Assembly (NCBI GenBank): GCA_963728565.1
Contig: CAVSLC010000019.1
Span: forward strand, 96,001-160,000
DNA from: an uncultured delta proteobacterium
GTDB lineage: Bacteria; Desulfobacterota; Binatia; UBA9968
DNA length: 64,000 nt
Direction: 5' to 3'
This document shows positions 54,258 through 64,000 of the stretch, piece by piece. The notes under the pieces were generated by a model. The model was not told where the DNA came from. It did no database searches and saw only the letters and a list, made by a program, of their open reading frames with translations. The translations under genes were made by a program, and so were the position numbers. Each line of letters starts with the position of its first letter. The stretch's first letter is position 1.

Positions 54258-56967
54258 GTGGACTCTGTCTCATCGCCTCATTCTTTGCTCCAGGAAACCA
54301 AGGACATCACGGGCCTGACTGGTTTGACCCGCAGCTATGTGCAAAAGGCGCGTACCGCCTTGTTCGAGAAGCACCGCGCCGGCGGCGGCGGGCTCGAAAT
54401 CGCTGCCGCCTATTCAAAAATGATGGACGAGCTGATTTGCCATCTCTTCGCCGCAATCAGCAAGGATTTTTTGCGCCGTTATCCCACCGGCAATCCACAA
54501 TGCGCGATTATTGCTCAGGGAGGCTATGGTCGAAGCGAGCTTAATCCGCACTCGGATATCGATCTCCTGTTTATCTACTCATGGAAAGTTTCGCCGTTCG
54601 TCGAGGCGGTCACCGAGAAACTCCTCTATTCGCTATGGGACGCCGGGCTTCAGGTGGGTCATGCCATTCGTAGCATCAGTGAGTCGATGCGCTTGGCCAG
54701 CACCGATATGAAAGTCAGGACGGCGCTTCTCGATAGCACGATACGTCTGCGGCGACCAAACCCTCTACAACGAATTTGAGAAAGCCGTCCAGAGCCGTTT
54801 GGCCAGAAAAAGGGTCAACGGGTTTGTCGGCGAAAAGCTCGCCGAAAACGACGCACGCCATGCCGGCTACGGCGGTTCGGTTTATCTGTTGGAACCCGAC
54901 GTCAAGGAGAGCGAGGGAGGGTTGCGGGATATCCATACCGCGCGTTGGATGGCGCGTGTCAAAATGCAGGCGAAAGATCTCGATGAGCTGGCGGCCAAGG
55001 GCATCATCAGCGCGGCGGATATCGCGAAACTGAAGGCCTCCCATGATTTTCTCCTGCGAGTCCGCAATGAGCTGCATTTTTCCACCGGCAAACACCAGGA
55101 CCAGTTGACTTTCGAAGAACAGGAGAAGGTGAGTCAGGCGCTGGGTTTTCAAGGCGAAGGCAGCCTCAAAGCGGTCGAAGTATTCATGAGCCATTATTAT
55201 CGGCACGCTTCAGAAATCAGCCGCCTCACCGCCTTGATCACGCATCGCTTGACCGATAGTGGCTGGCCGCTTATCGGCGGGATGGTCGGCCTCGGGCGAA
55301 ATATACGGGAGGGAGTAAGGATCTCCAGAGACCACATCACGATCACCAAACCGGAGATTCTTACGACGGGATCGCGGCAATCTGATGGGCATCTTCGAAG
55401 AGATGCAAAAGCATCGCTGCTCGCTCAGTCACGAAAGCCGAGAGCTGCTGCGCGCCCATCTCCATTTGATCGATGATGCCTTTCGAGCTTCGGCCGCCGC
55501 CAACTTGCCTTTTTTCCGGATTCTCAAATGGAAGGAAGGCGTTTACGACACGCTGTTCGAAATGCATCGGGCCGGAGTTCTCGGCGCCTTCATTCCCGAA
55601 TTCGGCAGGCTTCTTTGCATGGTTTTGCACGATGCCTATCACATCTACACTGTCGACCAACACTCGTTGCGCTTGATTCAGGAAATCGAGCGGCTTAAAG
55701 CCGGGGAGTTCAAGGAATCGCTGCCGTTGCTGACGCAGTTAGCGCGAGAAGCCGAAAAGATCGAGCTGCTCTATCTCGGGCTCATGTTTACACGATATCG
55801 GCAAAGGCTTCGGTGGCGGTCATTCCGAACGGGGCGCCGTGATGGTGCGCCAGATCGCCGATCGCATGCGGCTTAATGTCGACGACGGCGCGCTGGTGGA
55901 ATTCTTGGTTCGGCATCATCTGCTGATGACTAATACCGCTTTTCGCCGCGATCTGGAAGACGAGAAAACCATATGTGACTTCGCTCAAACGATGGGCAGT
56001 GTTAACAATCTCAAGATGCTCTATCTGCTCACCTATGCCGACGTTCGAGGCGTCGGGCCCGACGTTTGGAATCCGTGGAAGGCATCGCTGCTGGGCGAAC
56101 TCTATGTAAAGACGCTGACGGTGTTGGAGGACATGGAGAAAGGCGAGTTTCACCATCAAGACATTCGCGCCGCTCTGGGTCGCATTCAGACTCGCGTGCC
56201 GCGAAGAATTATCGGCGAGTTCCTCATCCGAAGAAGTCGATCGTTTTATCGAGGTAATGCCCGAACGTTACTTTTTATCAGTGGCGGAAGACGAAATTCC
56301 TGCGCATTTCGCTCTGATGCAAGAATTTAAAGGCCGCTGGCGCGGCGGTTTCCATTGAGCACTTTCCGGAAAAAGATTGCAGCACCGTAGCCATCTGCAC
56401 CGCCGATCGTCCCGGGCTGTTTGCTTCAATCGCCGGGGTTATGGCGGCGATGAGATTGGATATTCTCAACGCCCGAATTTTCACCGCCAGCGATGGCCGG
56501 ATTCTCGACATCTTTCGAGTATCGCACGGCGGGCGCTCGGAAATTGCCATGTCCGAGCAGAGCTGGAGCCGTTTCGCTCGACTTTGGAAGCGGTTTTGGA
56601 TGGAAACATCGACGTTGAACGGCTGGTGGAAAAATCACAATCGACGCTTTTTCGAAAGCGCATGCCTAAAGTGATGACCTCCATCCAAGTAGACAATGAA
56701 GCCTCGGCTCTTTACACGGTCGTCGAAGTATATACCGCGGATCGCCTCGGCATCTTGTTTAGGATAACTTATACGCTGCACCAGCTTGGCCTTTCGATTC
56801 ATGTGGCAAAGATATCGACCAATGTCGATCAGGTGGCCGACGTATTTTTTGTCACCACTGAGCGAGGCGGCAAGGTTGAAGACTCCGCGCGCATTGAAGC
56901 GATTCGCCAGACACTCTACGCTAGCCTCGTTCCCGATGATGAAAGAATCGCTGCACCCTTACATTGA
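54258..56967 (+). CDS. glnD: PII uridylyltransferase/uridylyl-removing enzyme (multiple frameshifts)
   Basis: AQGGYGRSELNPHSDIDLL, LEPDVKESEGGLRD, YHIYTVDQH, HD region, ACT domains DRPGLF and DRLGIL..AKIST. Confidence 0.93.
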
Positions 56968-57877
56968 TTCATTTCTGACGATGATCAGTGTCGAGAAGGG
57001 GCTTGCCAAAAACACCGTGGAGGCCTATAGCCGCGATCTCTCCGGACTGGCGGAGTTTCATGCTCGAACAGAAGATAACCTGCTGGGATGCGGTGGAGCC
57101 GATTCATCTTCGTTCGTTCGTGTCATCTTTGCGCGTCCGCAATCTGAGCAGTCGTTCGATCGCCCGACAGATTGTCACCTTAAGGCGGTTCTATCGTTTT
57201 CTGCAAATGAAGGGTTGGTGGAGTAGTCCTCCGATTCCGGAGTTTCATTTAAGCAGTGCAGCGCGAAAATTGCCGCATGCTCTTAACGGGGACGATGTCC
57301 GCTGCTCTCTTGAATCAACCGGATCCCCAATCAAGTTCTGGGAGCGCGCGACCAGGCGATGTTGGAACTACTCTATGCAACTGGCCTGCGGGTCTCGGAG
57401 TTGGTGCTGATCAAGCTCCAACAGGTCGATTTCCAAGGCGATTACCTAACCGTCAGCGGCAAAGGATCCAAGATGCGGGCTGTGCCGTTTGGCAAATGGG
57501 CGCGGGAAAAACTACTGCGGTACATTCAAGAAACTAGGCCGCGTCTGCTGAAGGGCAAATCCAGCGCATTTCTATTCCTCAACCGTTCCGGTCAAGCGCT
57601 CACCCGGCAGGGATTCTGGAAGATCATTCGGGGTTACGCCCGGGCTGCCGGCATCGATAAAAAGGTTTCGCCCCATACGTTGCGCCATTCTTTCGCCACC
57701 CATTTGCTGGCAGGCGGCGCTGATCTTCGCTCGGTGCAAACGATGCTCGGCCATGCGGATATTTCGACGACACAGATCTATACTCACGTCGATGCCAATC
57801 GCCTGAAACAGGCCCACCAACGCTATCACCCGCGCGAAAGCGGCGCGCAACGTAAGCCAAAACTGGCGATCGAGTAG
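56936..57877 (+). CDS. xerD: Site-specific tyrosine recombinase XerD (frameshifted)
   Basis: VEKGLAKNTVEAYSRDL, MLELLYATGLRVSELV, GKGSK.R, TRQGFW, SPHTLRHSFATHLL, LGHADISTTQIYTH. Confidence 0.93.
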
Positions 57878-57980
57878 CGCAAGTCCTGCGTATATCGGAC
57901 ATTGAAGTGTTCTCGTTTCATCTTGTGTTTTAATAAGCTTTACCGTACGTTTTTAAACTATTTCTCGAAAGATATAAACT

Positions 57981-58654
57981 TTGGAAGAAACCATAAGACA
58001 GATTGCGATCTGGGCCCTTCCGGTATTGCTGGCGATTGTGTTTCATGAGGTGGCGCATGGCTGGGTGGCTTACCACCTGGGCGATTCGACTGCCGCACAA
58101 ATGGGCCGCCTTACCTTGAATCCCATTGCCCATGTCGATCTGTTCGGGACTATTCTGATTCCTCTGCTGCTGATCATTTCAAATGCGCCGTTTCTGTTCG
58201 GCTACGCCAAGCCGGTGCCGGTGAATTTTCAAAACCTGCGAAACCCCAAACGAGACATGATCTGGGTGGCGTTGGCCGGCCCGGCGACCAATTTTCTACT
58301 GGCGTTGATGTGCGTCTTGTTGCTCAAGTTTCTCGTCCCGATGATCGGCAAAAGCTCTCCGGCTTGGACATGTCCGCGTCGCTTGTTGATTTTTTTGTGC
58401 CGATCATTTTCATGCTCGAGAGAGGAATTTTGATCAATATCGTGTTGGCCGTCTTTAACCTGCTGCCGCTGCCGCCGCTCGACGGCGGGCGCGTGTTGGT
58501 GGGTTTGCTGCCCGAGCCTTTTTCTACGCTGCTGGCGCGTATCGAACCGTTTGGCTTTCTCATTCTGCTGGTGCTGCTCATGACCCGGTCCTTGAGCTGG
58601 ATCATCGGACCGCCGCTCGATTTTTTGCTAAAAGTTTTCCTCGAATTGATTTAG
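57981..58654 (+). CDS. Site-2 protease (M50) family protein (frameshift ~58350)
   Basis: FHEVAHG, GRLTLNP, AKPVPVN, ALAGP, FNLLPLPPLDG. Confidence 0.92.
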
Positions 58655-58666
58655 GATTGGACTATT

Positions 58667-59645
58667 ATGGAAATCATCGTTAGCGGCGCCAGACCCACCG
58701 GGCGCTTGCACCTCGGACACCTGCACGGCGCGCTCAAGAACTGGATTCGTTTGCAGGAAAATTATCGGTGCTATTTCTTTGTCGCCGACTGGCATGCGCT
58801 CACCACCGATTACGCCGACTCCCCAAGGAATCAGGCAAAGCACGATTGAAATGGTCATGGACTGGCTTAGCGTCGGCCTTGATCCGGCGCGCTCCGTGCT
58901 GTTTCGCCAATCCCGGGTGAAAGAACACGCCGAGTTGCATTTGATTTACTCGATGATTACCCCGGTGCCGTGGCTCGAGCGCAACCCCACCTATAAAGAG
59001 CAGATCAAGGAGCTCACCGGCAAAGACCTTTCGACCTACGGGTTTCTTGGCTATCCGGTGCTGCAGGCGGCCGACATCACCATTTATAAAGCGAACAAGG
59101 TTCCCGTCGGCGTGGATCAGGCGCCGCACGTGGAGTTGACCCGGGAAATTGTCCGGCGTTTTAATCAACTCTATCGTTCGATATTTCCCGAACCCGAAGT
59201 GTTGCTCACCGAGACGCAGAAATTGCCCGGTTTGGATGGCCGCAAAATGAGCAAGAGTTACGGCAACGCAGTTTTTCTCTCCGATCCTGCGGAGGAAATC
59301 GACCGCAAGCTCAGCCGGATGATGACCGACCCGGCGCGGGTCAAGCGCACCGATCCGGGGGAGCCGGAGAAGTGCCCGGCATTTCAGCTGCACAAAATCT
59401 ACTGCACGCCTGAAGAGATCGAATTTGTCAGCACGGGCTGCCGCACCGCGGGCATCGGTTGTCTCGAATGCAAAAAGGTTATGATCAAGCATGTGATCGA
59501 AGATCTTGCGCCATTCAGAGAAAAGCGAGCGCAGCTGGAAAAAACCCCTGAAGTGGTCGAAGAAGTCTTGCAGGCCGGCCATGAAGCCGCGCAGAAGAAG
59601 GCGAGTGAAACCATGAGCGAAGTGCGGGAAACATTGGGACTGTGA
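58667..59645 (+). CDS. trpS: Tryptophanyl-tRNA synthetase (frameshift ~58820)
   Basis: SGARPTGRLHLGH (HIGH), ADWHALT, YPVLQAADI, VPVGVDQ, KMSKS. Confidence 0.96.
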
Positions 59646-60413
59646 GCACCCGAGTTCAATTAGAGATATTCGAGGGTCCTCTGGATCTGCTGCTTCATTT
59701 GATCAAAAAAAATGAGGTGAGCATCACCGACATTCCCATTGCCAGCATCACCGAGCAGTATTTGGCCACCCTGGAGCTGATGGAGACGCTCAGTCTCGGA
59801 TGTCGCCGGAGAATTTCTGGTGATGGCCGCCACCTTGATTCATATCAAATCGCGAATGCTTCTCCCGGCAGGCGCTGACGAGGCGGAGGAGGACGAGGGC
59901 AATGACCCGCGCGACGAGCTGGTGCGCCGACTGTTGGATTACCAGCGCTTCAAGGATGCCGCGAATCAGCTCGAACAGAGAGAAATGTTGAGCCGCGACG
60001 TGTTTGTCCGTTCGGCGACGCCGGTTGAAGAAGCCGCTGCGCCGACGTTCCGCGAGTTGTCGGTTTTCGAGCTGTTAAATGCTCTGCGGCGAGTCATCGA
60101 TCGTTTGCCGAAGGATGTGTTCCATCAGGTGGAACTCGAGAAGGTCACGGTGCGCGAGAAGATGACTCTGCTTCTGGATAAATTGCGCGCCCAGGGCCGG
60201 GTATTATTTGAGGAACTGTTCAACGAGGCCAAGACGCGCATGGATGTGGTGGTGACGTTTCTGGCGATGTTGGAGCTGGTGAAAGTGCGCGCGGTAAGAA
60301 TTTTCCAGGAAGAATTGACGGGACCGATCATTATCGAAGCTGCCGCCTCCATGGAACAAGCCGCGGAACTGGCGAATGCTGAGGAGCCCGAGGAAGAGCA
60401 ACATGGAACGTGA
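59642..60413 (+). CDS. scpA: Segregation and condensation protein A (frameshift ~59795)
   Basis: FEGPLDLLLHLI, EFLVMAATL..IKSRMLLP, DPRDELV.RL, VTFLAMLEL. Confidence 0.95.
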
Positions 60414-61014
60414 AGATGTGAAGTCGATACTCGAGAGCCTGCTGTTTGTCGCCGATGGCCCGTTGACGGTGCAACGTTTGACCGAAGTCATCGACGGCGC
60501 CGGCAAAGACGACATCCGCTCTATTCTCGAAGAGCTGGATAACGAGCTGCAAGACAACCGCCGCGGCATTCGTTTGGTCGAGGTCGCCGGCGGCTACCAG
60601 TTGCGTACCGCCAAGGCGAATGCGGAATGGGTTAAAAAACTTCTCGGCGGCCGGCCGGCGCGAATGGGCCGGGCAACGCTGGAGACATTGGCAATCGTCG
60701 CCTATCGCCAGCCCATCACCAAGGCTGAGATCGAGGCGATCCGCGGCGTCGACGTCGACGGCGTGATTACAACACTGCTGGAGCGCAATCTGGTCCGCGC
60801 CGTTGCGCGCAAGGATGTGCCGGGCAGGCCCTTTCTATATGGGACGACGCCGGAGTTTTTGGAGCTGTTCAATCTCAAGGATCTGGCGCAACTGCCGACC
60901 TTGAAGGAGATGGAAGAGATGACGTTGCCGGAAATTCCGGACGACCAGGTAGCCATTGAACAGCTTGAAGACGCGGAGCAGCCCCAAGAAGCCGAACAGG
61001 AGAAGCGGGATTAA
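60403..61014 (+). CDS. scpB: Segregation and condensation protein B
   Basis: LESLLF, VAGGYQLRT, LETLAIVAYRQPIT, IRGV, PGRPFLYGTT..FL. Confidence 0.96.
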   Translation: MEREDVKSILESLLFVADGPLTVQRLTEVIDGAGKDDIRSILEELDNELQDNRRGIRLVEVAGGYQLRTAKANAEWVKKLLGGRPARMGRATLETLAIVAYRQPITKAEIEAIRGVDVDGVITTLLERNLVRAVARKDVPGRPFLYGTTPEFLELFNLKDLAQLPTLKEMEEMTLPEIPDDQVAIEQLEDAEQPQEAEQEKRD

Positions 61015-61020
61015 GCGGTC

Positions 61021-61806
61021 ATGGAACGCTTGCAGAAAATTCTCGCGCGCGCGGGTCTGGCCTCGCGGCGCGAAGCGGAGCGTTGGATTCTAGAGGGGCG
61101 GGTCAGTGTCAACGGCACCGTGGTGCGCAAATTGGGCACTCAAGCCGAACCATCCAGAGATAGCATCCGCGTCGACGGCAAACGAATCAAACTAGCCGCG
61201 GAACCGGTTTATCTGGCGCTGAACAAACCCGCCGGCGTTATTACCACCCTCAACGATCCGCAACAGCGGCCCGATATCACTCAGTTCTTGGAACCGCTCG
61301 GGGAAAAGCAAAGAGTCTTTCCGGTCGGACGCCTGGATTTCAATTCCTCGGGCCTGATTCTGCTGACCAACGATGGCGAGCTGGCGCAGCGCCTGATGCA
61401 TCCGCGCTTTGGCGTCAAGAAACTCTATCATGTCAAGCTCAGCGCGTGCCCGACCGAAATAGAGCTGGGCCGGCTGCGCAAAGGCATTCGCCTGGAAGAT
61501 GGCATGACCGCGCCGGCGCGCGTGCGCGTGCTGGAGAAACTAAAGAAGAACGCCTGGGTGGAAATTGAAATTCACGAAGGCCGCAACCGCGAAGTCCGCC
61601 GCATGTTCGAAGCGCTGGGCTATTTCGTCGAAAAGTTGATCCGCGTGCGCATCGGCAATGTCGAGCTGGGGCCGCTCGCCCCGGGCGAAATCCGCCCGTT
61701 GATGCGCACAGAAATCATCAAGCTTAAGCGCGCCGTCGGGCTACAAGATAGCCGGTCAGAGCCCGAGAGGCCTGAGAGAAGAAGGCGCGCCGGCTCTCGC
61801 CGTTGA
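61021..61806 (+). CDS. rluB: rRNA pseudouridine synthase (RluB/RsuA family, S4 domain)
   Basis: ERLQKILARAG.ASRR, LNKP, PVGRLD, LLTNDG, EGRNREVRRM. Confidence 0.88.
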   Translation: MERLQKILARAGLASRREAERWILEGRVSVNGTVVRKLGTQAEPSRDSIRVDGKRIKLAAEPVYLALNKPAGVITTLNDPQQRPDITQFLEPLGEKQRVFPVGRLDFNSSGLILLTNDGELAQRLMHPRFGVKKLYHVKLSACPTEIELGRLRKGIRLEDGMTAPARVRVLEKLKKNAWVEIEIHEGRNREVRRMFEALGYFVEKLIRVRIGNVELGPLAPGEIRPLMRTEIIKLKRAVGLQDSRSEPERPERRRRAGSRR

Positions 61807-62329
61807 GTTTTGCCGTCACGGTACAGACAACCCTGTGCGGCTCTTTCCTGTTCTTCCCACGATTGACAACTTCAGTTTCGAACCTACGTATCGTCCAATC
61901 AAACGCGGGAAACTGCTCTGAGACACTGGGTTGCCGAACCAGCCATCGCAGTGGACCGGTCAGCTACGGGATTGCGCTAACACCTTCACGAAGAATTTAG
62001 TTGACGTGATCCAAGGCTGTGATAAATCGGCGATAGAAAAATCACTTTTTACTCGTGGCTGCTGTGTGTGCTGTTTCTGTCGTGGTCGTTGATGACTGGT
62101 CGCACGATGAAAGGCATGCCGATGAAGCCATCGCTCATTCTCCGGCTCGATTGCTGTCGGGGTGCATGTAATATTCCCGTCAGAATCTACTCTCTCCCTA
62201 TACAGCAACTCAGTAGCCGCGCCCGAGGTCCTCCCCGATGTGCGCAAGTGTTACGAACTCCTAGTTCAAGGACAATCGCGGGTAGCAGGTTACTGGTCGG
62301 CTGTACTGCAAAAAATGGAGAGAGAAAAT

Positions 62330-63250
62330 ATGGAAGCAAAAGCAAAAATAAAAGTACTTCTCTTGTCAACGCTAGGATTACTCTTGACCGTTTCAATCAG
62401 CGAGTCAGCGAGCGACCAGCTGGCATGCGGTAGCCAACGAACAATTAGCGAGGCACTGCGGCAGTTGAAACCAGGCGACACACTTCTTGTCAGCGGCGCC
62501 TGTAATGAAAACCTGGTGATACCGGAGGAGGTAGTCAACGTCATATTGGACGGTCAGGGAACGGCAACGATTAATGCCCGAGATCCAAGTGATCCGACTA
62601 TCAATGTACGAGGTAACGGGATTACGATAAGGAATTTTGTTTCGATTGCAGGCGGCGAAACTGGAATCCTGGTGACAAGGGGAGGTGCAGCCACCATCGA
62701 TCGGAATATCATCCACAACGCGGGGAATAATGGCGTCGTTGTAAATCTGAATAGTTCAGCCCGCATCGTTGACAACACCATCCAGGGCAACCCTCAAACT
62801 GGAATTCTTATCACTGATAGCTCATCCGCCCGTATTGGATTTCTGATGACGGGTGACACGGTGGCGCGTCCTAATGTCATTCAAAACAATGGCGAGAACG
62901 GAATCGCCATTGCGCGCAGTTCTCATGCCCGGATTGTAGGGAATACGATAAGCGGCAACGGAGACAATGGAGTCATCGTCAACCGTGTAGCCCATGCCGA
63001 TGTATCGTCTAACACAATTGACAGTAACGGCGGTGATGGCGTGTTCGTGTTTCGAAATTCCGGTGTCAATCTCGGCGAGGATACAGGGAGCGGGATCTTT
63101 GATTCAGCAAATACAACGAACGCTAATAATATGGGCTTTGGGATCAGGTGCGCCATCAACTCCTATGGTGACGGACGCATAGGCACTCTAAATGGCGTCA
63201 GTGGGACGGTTTCCTTTTCGCCCAACTGTGTCAATGCGACGGCGCCTTGA
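62330..63250 (+). CDS. Secreted right-handed parallel beta-helix repeat protein (NosD/pectin-lyase fold)
   Basis: Signal peptide, TISEAL..LKPGDTLLVSG.C.E, repeated N.I..N...GI motifs; GGAGAG RBS before ATG at 62330. Confidence 0.82.
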   Translation: MEAKAKIKVLLLSTLGLLLTVSISESASDQLACGSQRTISEALRQLKPGDTLLVSGACNENLVIPEEVVNVILDGQGTATINARDPSDPTINVRGNGITIRNFVSIAGGETGILVTRGGAATIDRNIIHNAGNNGVVVNLNSSARIVDNTIQGNPQTGILITDSSSARIGFLMTGDTVARPNVIQNNGENGIAIARSSHARIVGNTISGNGDNGVIVNRVAHADVSSNTIDSNGGDGVFVFRNSGVNLGEDTGSGIFDSANTTNANNMGFGIRCAINSYGDGRIGTLNGVSGTVSFSPNCVNATAP

Positions 63251-64000
63251 GTCAGCTCTGCTATCTCGAGCACCGTTGCGACCAAAATACTGAAACGCGT
63301 CGTTAAGGACGCGGAGTTCTCAAACAAATTATTGGGGAAAGTGCGATATGAGGCATCCAACAGGAACGAAACTAATTAATTAGTTAGTTAAAGCGCGAAG
63401 CAGATAGCTCAAGTCTGGCAGGACAGCCATTCTTCTAGCCTACTTTGTCGAGAAGTTAAGCCGCGGGTGAATCGGCAATCGAGCTGGGGAGGCTTGCGCC
63501 GAAATAAATTCGCTCTTTGATGCCGAAGTTCTTAAACTTAAACGCGCTGTCGGTATTCCGGACAGCCCGTCCGAACGCGAAAAAGAAAGCGCGCCGGCTC
63601 TCGTTGAGTCTCGCCTTCGCAATGCAATAACAACGCTTTGCGGTGTTTTGCATTTAGAAGAGGCCAATCATGTCGACTTTTAATGGCAGTCAAACCGACC
63701 GACGAACAGGCTCGTTCATGGGCAACATGGCTTTGTCATGCGGCTCGATTTAACAGCCGGTCCGAGCGCTTTCGTTTTCGCCTATGATGTAGGTGAGCTT
63801 AAAGGCTCCTGGTAGCTTTCTCAGGAGTCAATCATTGTGTGTCCTTGACAGCTCTGCGCATTGAGGGTCGCATCTTGCTTTTTGACATTGACCATTGAAC
63901 CTAGATCGTTCCGGATACCTGCGTACGGTTAGACACCACAATCTTTCGCGAACCACAAACCGTGAATAGGTCGATTTCGTCATCGTCGATTTTTTATTGT

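Noticed and set aside
53394-54779. Apparent AmiC-GlnD fusion ORF
   Set aside because: A TAG at 54241 sits one base out of frame at the amidase end, followed by GAGGT and a GTG start at 54258. A single indel explains the fusion, given the high local error rate.
56936-57877. Tyrosine recombinase as a prophage or island integrase
   Set aside because: The sequence is canonical XerD in a housekeeping context (glnD, trpS, scpAB); no att sites or phage genes were seen.
1132-63360. Numerous 60-260 aa antisense and overlapping ORFs in the track (e.g. 36780-37661, 40682-41401, 58800-59582)
   Set aside because: They are shadow frames of GC-rich genes with no recognisable motifs.
63440-64000. Short ORFs at the right edge
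   Set aside because: No motif, RBS or coherent reading frame supports a call.

Overview
This is a roughly 57% GC bacterial chromosome segment (GC estimated by eye). Gene order and content resemble deltaproteobacteria-like lineages, possibly Candidatus Binatia; that placement is inferred. Two housekeeping blocks flank the window. The left block is tilS-ftsH-folP-cdaA-cdaR-glmM-pdxJ-nnr-tsaE-lysC-cimA-cysE-mnmA-mtaB-rnc (1-17.5 kb). The right block is MerR-mutS-amiC-glnD-xerD-S2P-trpS-scpA-scpB-rluB (49.8-61.8 kb). The accessory region between them holds a minimal SdhA/B-like pair, an amidohydrolase-fold protein, an anaerobic sulfatase maturase, GntR, a Cys-less thiolase fused to a DUF35-like domain, an AI-2E exporter, a diiron oxidase-glycosyltransferase-PLP decarboxylase operon, glgX-treY-treZ-malQ, an orphan molybdopterin oxidoreductase, a CorC/CNNM protein, an MBL hydrolase, an ABC binding protein and DUF72. 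Many genes, including essential ones, carry 1-nt frameshifts, most likely long-read or assembly errors. No rRNA, tRNA, CRISPR array or transposase was recognised. The best leads are: (1) the HDO-GT2-decarboxylase putative biosynthetic operon; (2) two paralogous, apparently leaderless small ORFs upstream of membrane-protein genes, plus a separate RGPP-motif leader remnant; (3) an Rv1830/McdR-like regulator heading mutS-amiC; (4) a structured RNA candidate before folP; (5) short-unit inverted tandem repeats at operon junctions.
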